Below the pieces are notes generated by a model. The model was not told the origin of the DNA and ran no database searches. It saw nothing but the letters and a program-made list of their open reading frames with translations. Below, piece after piece: positions 59,107 to 64,000 of a stretch of 64,000 bases of DNA. How positions within the stretch are numbered: the first letter of the stretch is position 1; every line of letters starts with the position of its first letter. A program made the translations under genes and the position numbers. Source of the DNA: an uncultured Syntrophaceae bacterium (lineage in GTDB: Bacteria; Desulfobacterota; Syntrophia; Syntrophales; UBA2210); contig CAYMYS010000002.1 in assembly GCA_964394725.1 (NCBI GenBank), positions 4,497-68,496 of the forward strand, read 5' to 3'.

Positions 59107-59446
59107 CCGCTGGTTCAATCTTGTAGATTGAACCACAACATTACAGTGATTAATTACAGCACCCTCACACCTTCAAGTTACTTGAAAGATAAAGACACAT
59201 AAGAGACATTAGGGGGAAATGCCAGAATTGGTAAAATCCCCCAATAGCGGTTTTTCAAAACATCAGGCTTACCGGCGAAAAAAGCTTTCATCATTTAACC
59301 AAAATGACAACAGTGCCAGATCTGCCCAAAGGCATTGAATTATTGATCATTATAGAATGCTACTGACTGGATTTATAAGCATTTGACGAAAAAGGCAACA
59401 TTGCCATATTCGTCAAATAGCCATTATTGTCGGATTTTACCCGTTC
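59107..59446 (+). repeat. Modular hairpin-array element, copy 2 (three units; the middle unit is degenerate)
   Basis: Aligns with 57850-58190 along its length, with scattered substitutions. It has the same leader hairpin (59112-59134). Unit A2 is at 59209-59245 and unit C2 at 59382-59417 (TTTGACGA-aaaa-GGCA-acat-TGCC-atat-TCGTCAAA). Confidence 0.8.
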
Positions 59447-59613
59447 TACATATGTCCGATGTTCATCTCCTGGAGCTGGTGGGGAATCACACTGTGGTCG
59501 AACCGGATGCTTTCCTCGATAAGGTTGCCCGCCGGCGTTCCTGTTCCATACTGTCCTCTCGCTGAGATGTCCCCTTTCCCCTGGTGAAAGATAGGGCTGC
59601 ATCCGAAGACAGA

Positions 59614-59651
59614 GAATCCGGAAGCCCGCCGTTTCGGGGGCATCCGGATTC
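59614..59651 (-). terminator. Candidate terminator of the Ldh2-family gene
   Basis: GAATCCGGA...TCCGGATTC is a 9-bp outer stem, plus an inner GCCC/GGGC helix. It lies 63 nt downstream of the 59715 stop and is followed by TCTGTCTTC on the minus strand. Confidence 0.4.
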
Positions 59652-59714
59652 CCTCATTCATGATCTTTCCTGTAGCAGGTTTGGCGCGCTATTTCCTGTT
59701 TCTGAGGGTCAAGT

Positions 59715-60728
59715 TCAGCCCTTCATTGCCGTCAGCTGTTCCCACAGTTTCTCATTTATCGAGATGCCTTCCTGCAGTCTCTTCTCTCGAGTCATCAATT
59801 CGGGATCGCCCGGAAGCAGAATCTGGGAAACACCGGCGGCCTTTTTGCTGGATTTGATCTGTTTTCCCAGGTGTTCCACCCTGTCCTGAAAGTCTTGTAA
59901 CCCATTAAAGAACTGAGGGTCAATGGCCAGGAAAAGATCACCCTTTGTGGATACTTCATCGGCATGTGCCGTGCCCTTAACATCGGATCCGACTGAAGCG
60001 CCGGCGAGAGCACCGGACAGCAGATCAAAGGCGAAAGCAAGACAATAGCCCTTGGGCCCGGCGATAGGGAGCAGTGCCCCGGCCAGTGCGGCTGCCGCGT
60101 CCTCCGTGTCTGATCCATCTTTATCAATGGCCCATCCCTTGGGGATAGGCGTGCCATTCCGTTCGCTTTCCATAATCTTGCCGCGTGCCACTACGCTGGT
60201 AGCCATATCGACTACCATGGGTTCTGTCTTGGTAGGGATGCCAATGCATATGGGATTCGTACCCAGAATGGGCTCGGCGCCGCCCGCTGCACTCATTGCC
60301 GGTTCGGTGTTGGTGAAGAGAATGCCTATGGTTCCCTGCTTCGCTGCCTCTTGGGCATAGTATCCAAGAAACCCGATATGAGAGGCATTTCTCATGCTGA
60401 CTATCCCTATGCCGACCTTTTTTGCTTTTTCTATGGCCATAGTCATGGCTTTCAGTGCTACAACTTGACCGATGCTGTGGTTTGCATCCAGTAACGCCAT
60501 GGCGGGGGTGTCCTGAACAATATTCACGCTTGTCTTGGTATTTATGGCACCATTTTTTAAACCCTTGACAAGTCCTACCAGGCGGGAAATACCATGAGAA
60601 TCACGTCCCTTGAGGTTTGCCTCGCTAAGGTGGTCGGCGATTGAAGCAGCCTCACTCTCGGCCACTCCAGCCGAGATTAAGATCTTTGTTGCTGTGTCTT
60701 TCAGTTCTTGTGCGGTTATAACTTTCAC
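59715..60728 (-). CDS. Ldh2-family (malate/L-lactate/sulfolactate dehydrogenase type 2) oxidoreductase
   Basis: A 337-aa protein. GRDSHGISRL, SHIGFLGYY, GTNPICIGIP and ATSVVARGK are characteristic of the Ldh_2 family. Confidence 0.8.
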   Translation of the reverse strand: MKVITAQELKDTATKILISAGVAESEAASIADHLSEANLKGRDSHGISRLVGLVKGLKNGAINTKTSVNIVQDTPAMALLDANHSIGQVVALKAMTMAIEKAKKVGIGIVSMRNASHIGFLGYYAQEAAKQGTIGILFTNTEPAMSAAGGAEPILGTNPICIGIPTKTEPMVVDMATSVVARGKIMESERNGTPIPKGWAIDKDGSDTEDAAAALAGALLPIAGPKGYCLAFAFDLLSGALAGASVGSDVKGTAHADEVSTKGDLFLAIDPQFFNGLQDFQDRVEHLGKQIKSSKKAAGVSQILLPGDPELMTREKRLQEGISINEKLWEQLTAMKG

Positions 60729-61483
60729 ATCTTACCTCCTGTAAAAAATTTTTGCATATTAACGATATAACTTTCAACATACTCTCACTGTTTCGATTCT
60801 AATATGTACGTCTGTGATCGTCAAGTGAGTTTTTGCTACGGTGGTATTACCGGCCACGCAGCTTCAACTGCTTGCTATCACTATCCGTGCATCCAGAATG
60901 ACCTAAACTGCGGCTTACGATACCACCCGTTACCAGTACCATAATCCCGCTCGTATCCGCCAACATTACTGTCTCAAAAGAGACGGTCCTGACTGATATG
61001 CCCAGGAGGCTGTCCGAGAATTCAATAGCTGAAAACCCCCTCTTCACAAATAAGTAACCAATTTCGTCAAATCATCTTTTATAAAAAGAAATTCTCATAA
61101 AAAAATCACATTCCGGCTGTTGATCACATACTTTTGTTGTGAAATAGTGTGCTGTATCGTACTCCAATACCTTCTATCAGGCAGCCATGGTTACCAACTT
61201 GTCTTCTTTAAGATGCTCTAATTTATATCTCATTGATATTACTATCTATTTAATGTTATATGCGTAAATATTCGGTTTGCCTCTTCATGTGTCAATTTTT
61301 CAACAAAACTCTAAATTTCTTAAGAAGAGGATACACCCAGATATCTTTAATGGGAACACTTATTTTCCCGGGTGGTCCAAGTTTTTCACGTCCCTTTGTT
61401 TGTCCGACATTGATCCAGTTGCAATTCGGGGAACACCTGACTTCATTGTTAACAAAAGCCAGCTAATTTGATTGATTCTTGAC

Positions 61484-61930
61484 ATGGCACGCATAGCGAA
61501 ACCTGTAGCGCCAGGAATCCCCATCACGTCACACAGCGAGGGTACAGACGGCAGCAGACATTTTTCAACGATGAAGATTACCAATCCTATGTGGAGTTAA
61601 TGTCGGGATGGTGTGAGAAGTTTCGAGTGGAGACCTGGGCGTATTGTCTTATGCCAAACCACATTCACCTGATTGTTGTACCCAAAACAAAGGACGGGTT
61701 AAACCAGGCAATTGGTGAAGCGCACAGAGGATACACAAGACGGATCAATTTTCGTGAAGAATGGTGTGGGTATTTATGGCAAGGAAATAGCGTTATGTAG
61801 AAAACACGAACGAAGCGGGCGGCCTTTTGGGGCTGATTCTTTTATTGGAAGAATGGAAGACCTTTTGAGACGAAAACTTAAGCCTTTCAAACCCGAACCT
61901 AAAAAAGAGATAAGTAAGGTGTCCGTATAA
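61484..61930 (+). pseudogene. RAYT / IS200-like HUH-Y1 transposase pseudogene (1-nt frameshift plus internal deletion)
   Basis: MARIAKPVAPGIP is followed, after a frame change, by HHVTQRGYRRQQTFFNDEDYQSYVELMSGWCEKFRVETWAYCLMPNHIHLIVVP...RRINFREEWCGYLWQG, with the HUH motif intact. A premature stop follows. The typical C-terminus (...RSGRPFGADSFIGRMEDLLRRKLKPFKPEPKKE) resumes in another frame, and the catalytic-Tyr region is missing. Confidence 0.75.
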
Positions 61931-62181
61931 TCCCTTTTTATTTTGATAAGTTATGGATTATATGGTTTAAAGTGATAAGAACATATAGGAAGATTTATGA
62001 CTAAAAAAGACCACTTTCACTGATTTTCTTTAGCCAAGCTTTAGCCAGAATAAGGCTTTAAACTTGCTAATCATAGATTTATTTTGTTAATTCCCTTTAT
62101 TTCTGATATCTTCTATAAAGTATTTTTATGATCAAACATAAACGATAATAGGAGTATCGTCCTTACTATGAGGATATCCTT

Positions 62182-63723
62182 ATGGACATTCTATTAACAT
62201 TTGCAGGCAGCAGAGATCCTTTCAATCACGAAGCAGTTGAGGGCGATTTCACCGACGGTCCGGTCTTAGCCCTCCTGAATGAAAAACAATTTCGTTACAT
62301 CTATATCTTTACGACACCGAACACCCTCCTGAATGCCCAAGGGCTGCGACGAGAGATTATAGCCAGAAATCAGGGAGATGAGATAAGGATATTTAACATC
62401 GACATCCCTGACCCAACTGACTATGAGGAACTTTACCTGCATATGTATAAGAGGTGCCAGGAGATAATGGTAGATCGCGAAGCGCAGAAGCCGAAGTATT
62501 TTATCGCAACAGCATCGGGCACGCCGCAGATGCAGACCGTATGGTTTTTGCTATCCCAATCGGGACTTGTTCCGGCAATCCTCCTGAAGATCACGCCGCC
62601 CCGGTTTTTGAAATCTAATCAAAAAGCCGTTTCGGAAATCAAATTATCCTTGGAGAATTTTCCCAGGATTTCCACTCCATCCCAGAGAGAGCTTGAAATA
62701 GAAACGACCTATCTGAGAAAGGAAAAGCTGGAGGCAGAACGAAAAGACCTCGTCCTTCAGTTTTCCCAGTATAAAATGATTGGAAAAAGTCCGCAATTAG
62801 AGCAAATCAAAGACACCATAAACGCTGCATCTCAATACGATTCCTCTGTTCTCATTCAGGGGGCAACCGGGACAGGGAAGGAACTGGTCGCAAGGGCAAT
62901 CCATTTCAACAGTGTGAGAAAGACAGAACCCTTTATCGTTGTCAATTGTGCCGCCATTCCGGAGACCCTTGTGGAAAGTGAACTGTTCGGACATGAAAAG
63001 GGCGCCTTCACAGGAGCGATCCAACAGAAAAAAGGCAGGTTCGAACTGGCCGATAAGGGAACGATCTTTCTGGATGAGGTAGGAGATATGCCGCTATCCG
63101 CCCAGGCAAAGATTCTCAGGGTCTTGCAGGATAAGGACATTACAAGGGTCGGGGGAACCAGAACAATAAAAACAGATGTCCGGCTCATTGCGGCCACAAA
63201 CAGAGATTTAGACACGTTGATATCGGAAGATAAATTCAGAGATGATCTGTACTACCGTCTGAGGGTAATAGATATCCAAATGCCCTCCTTAAGCGAAAGG
63301 AGGGAAGACATATCGCTTCTGGTTGAATATTTCCTCAGTCTTCACAATCATCGTTATAAGCATCAAAAACAGGTCAGCCGGGAGGCGCTGAAAAGGCTCT
63401 TTGAATATAACTGGCCCGGTAATATCAGGGAACTGGAAAATGCTATTGAACGTGCTTTTGTTTTTTCAAAAGAAAATGTTATCAAGGAGACTGACCTGCC
63501 AGTAGAAATTTCAACAGGAGAATTCCCGGAGGTTAGGGGTAGAACGAAAGTGAAAATACCCACGGCGGGACTGGACTTCGATACCTACATGGAAAAACTG
63601 GAAATGGAATACTACGAAGAAGCGATAACGATGAAAGATGGCAACAGAGAAGCAGCTGCACGACTGCTGAAGATAAAACCCCACACCTTCAGAAAGCGGG
63701 CGAAGGAAAAATTTGGCTTATAG
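62182..63723 (+). CDS. RtcR-like sigma-54-dependent transcriptional activator with an N-terminal CARF-type sensor domain
   Basis: The AAA+ module has GATGTGKE, the GAFTGA loop (EKGAFTGA) and FLDEVGDM. The C-terminal HTH is NREAAARLLKIKPHTFRKRAKE. The N-terminal 150 aa end in ATASGTPQMQTVWFLLSQSGLVPAILLKITPPR, which resembles the CARF signature segment of RtcR. No receiver, PAS or GAF domain is present. Confidence 0.75.
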   Translation: MDILLTFAGSRDPFNHEAVEGDFTDGPVLALLNEKQFRYIYIFTTPNTLLNAQGLRREIIARNQGDEIRIFNIDIPDPTDYEELYLHMYKRCQEIMVDREAQKPKYFIATASGTPQMQTVWFLLSQSGLVPAILLKITPPRFLKSNQKAVSEIKLSLENFPRISTPSQRELEIETTYLRKEKLEAERKDLVLQFSQYKMIGKSPQLEQIKDTINAASQYDSSVLIQGATGTGKELVARAIHFNSVRKTEPFIVVNCAAIPETLVESELFGHEKGAFTGAIQQKKGRFELADKGTIFLDEVGDMPLSAQAKILRVLQDKDITRVGGTRTIKTDVRLIAATNRDLDTLISEDKFRDDLYYRLRVIDIQMPSLSERREDISLLVEYFLSLHNHRYKHQKQVSREALKRLFEYNWPGNIRELENAIERAFVFSKENVIKETDLPVEISTGEFPEVRGRTKVKIPTAGLDFDTYMEKLEMEYYEEAITMKDGNREAAARLLKIKPHTFRKRAKEKFGL

Positions 63724-63740
63724 TAATAACCAGCACTAAT

Positions 63741-63760
63741 ATGGTAACGATTGTTACCAT
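63741..63760. promoter_or_regulatory. Palindromic candidate upstream activator site for the sigma-54 activator
   Basis: ATGGTAAC-gatt-GTTACCAT has 8-bp perfect arms. It lies about 90 bp upstream of the -24/-12 promoter. No T-run follows, so it is a poor terminator. A WATCAANNNNTTR IHF-type match on the bottom strand (63792-63804) lies between it and the promoter. Confidence 0.45.
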
Positions 63761-63833
63761 ATTGGCAAAGCTTAAGTTTGCGATTTTTTAGTAACATATT
63801 GATATAACGCTCAATTACGAGCATGAGTTGCTT

Positions 63834-63849
63834 TGGCACATTGCTTGCT
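63834..63849 (+). promoter_or_regulatory. Sigma-54 (-24/-12) promoter
   Basis: TGGCAC-attgc-TTGCT is an exact match to TGGCAC-N5-TTGCW. It lies 41 nt upstream of the ATG at 63890, which is preceded by AGGAG at 63879-63883. Confidence 0.8.
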
Positions 63850-63889
63850 GTTCATATCAATAATGCAAAACCTTCCACAGGAGTGTCAA

Positions 63890-64000
63890 ATGTTAAAAGA
63901 ATATCAAATAGAAAATTTTAAAGCATTTACCGGGCCTGTAAATATCCCAATCAAACCTATCACTTTGATATTCGGCGCTAACTCTTCTGGGAAAAGTAGT
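63890..64000 (+). CDS. P-loop ATPase of the ABC/SMC-like AAA_15/AAA_21 type; only the first 37 codons are in the window
   Basis: MLKEYQIENFKAFTGPVNIPIKPITLIFGANSSGKSS is the N-terminal beta-strand plus Walker A arrangement typical of OLD/GajA/PtuA/AriA/DUF3696-type ATPases. The gene is truncated by the window end. Confidence 0.6.
   Translation, partial: MLKEYQIENFKAFTGPVNIPIKPITLIFGANSSGKSS

Noticed and set aside
57850-59446. I considered whether the repeated hairpin units between short TA cassettes form an integron cassette array (attC sites), a CRISPR array, or a type III ToxI-like antitoxin RNA array.
   Set aside because: - Integron: there is no intI gene in the window, and the units lack the RYYYAAC / GTTRRRY core sites. 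The only AAC…GTT inverted repeat (57885-57910) is far too short for an attC.
- CRISPR: the repeats are not identical, the period is 86-87 bp, and the spacers between units are themselves homologous. No cas genes are present.
- ToxI type: those arrays consist of near-identical ~36-nt repeats directly upstream of an AbiEii/ToxN-like toxin gene, and neither feature is present here.
59452-59565. A short ORF, MSDVHLLELVGNHTVVEPDAFLDKVARRRSCSILSSR, might be an AbrB/MazE-type antitoxin remnant downstream of hairpin-element copy 2.
   Set aside because: - Only a loose GN(S/H)xxVxxPxxF resemblance supports it.
- There is no RBS and no partner toxin.
- It overlaps other equally plausible ORFs on the opposite strand.
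60847-61047. A 66-aa minus-strand ORF lies in a higher-GC patch within the AT-rich spacer upstream of the Ldh2-family gene.
   Set aside because: - It has no recognisable motif, no RBS, and no coding-like periodicity that I can see.
- It may be a gene relic or part of a leader, but this is unsupported.

Overview
This is an origin-proximal chromosomal segment from what looks like an anaerobic Desulfobacterota/deltaproteobacterium-like organism; the taxonomy cannot be proven from the sequence alone. About 57 protein genes can be supported.

Layout, left to right:
- 1-14.5 kb, all on the minus strand: a partial MFS gene; a TRAP transporter with indolepyruvate:ferredoxin oxidoreductase (iorAB) and phenylacetate-CoA ligase; lgt; a zinc-ribbon gene with trxB; and an RNA-repair block (rtcB, archease, xni, a receiver-MBL protein).
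- 14.5-15.5 kb: a gap of about 1 kb with no convincing gene, where gene orientation flips.
- 15.5-27.5 kb, all on the plus strand: an NlpC/P60 peptidase, rsmG, parA, parB, dnaA, dnaN, gyrB, gyrA and a methyltransferase.
- 27.5-37 kb: a nucleotide second-messenger neighbourhood (HD-GYP protein, cfa, a large double-PilZ protein, ihfA, a GAF-containing class III cyclase).
- 37-56.7 kb: housekeeping and transport genes, including two DUF362 Fe-S operons, an ABC-F ATPase, tandem CNNM/CorC genes and two more MFS paralogues. A perfect parS palindrome lies inside the PHP-hydrolase gene at 42355-42370.
- 56.7-64 kb: a decaying accessory island. It holds a truncated DOMON gene, vapBC, an orphan vapB, hicB with an internally deleted hicA, and a frameshifted and deleted RAYT/IS200-like transposase.

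The two most interesting items are both in the island:
1. An RtcR-like CARF/sigma-54 activator, followed by a palindromic candidate UAS, an IHF-type site, a textbook -24/-12 promoter and a P-loop ATPase gene that runs off the window. rtcB sits 50 kb away, so this looks like a rewired, possibly novel inducible system.
2. Two diverged copies of a roughly 340-bp modular element made of 86-87-bp units. Each unit carries a bipartite hairpin whose stems covary.

No rRNA, tRNA or CRISPR array was seen. All calls rest on reading the ORF translations and the raw sequence; no database search was possible.
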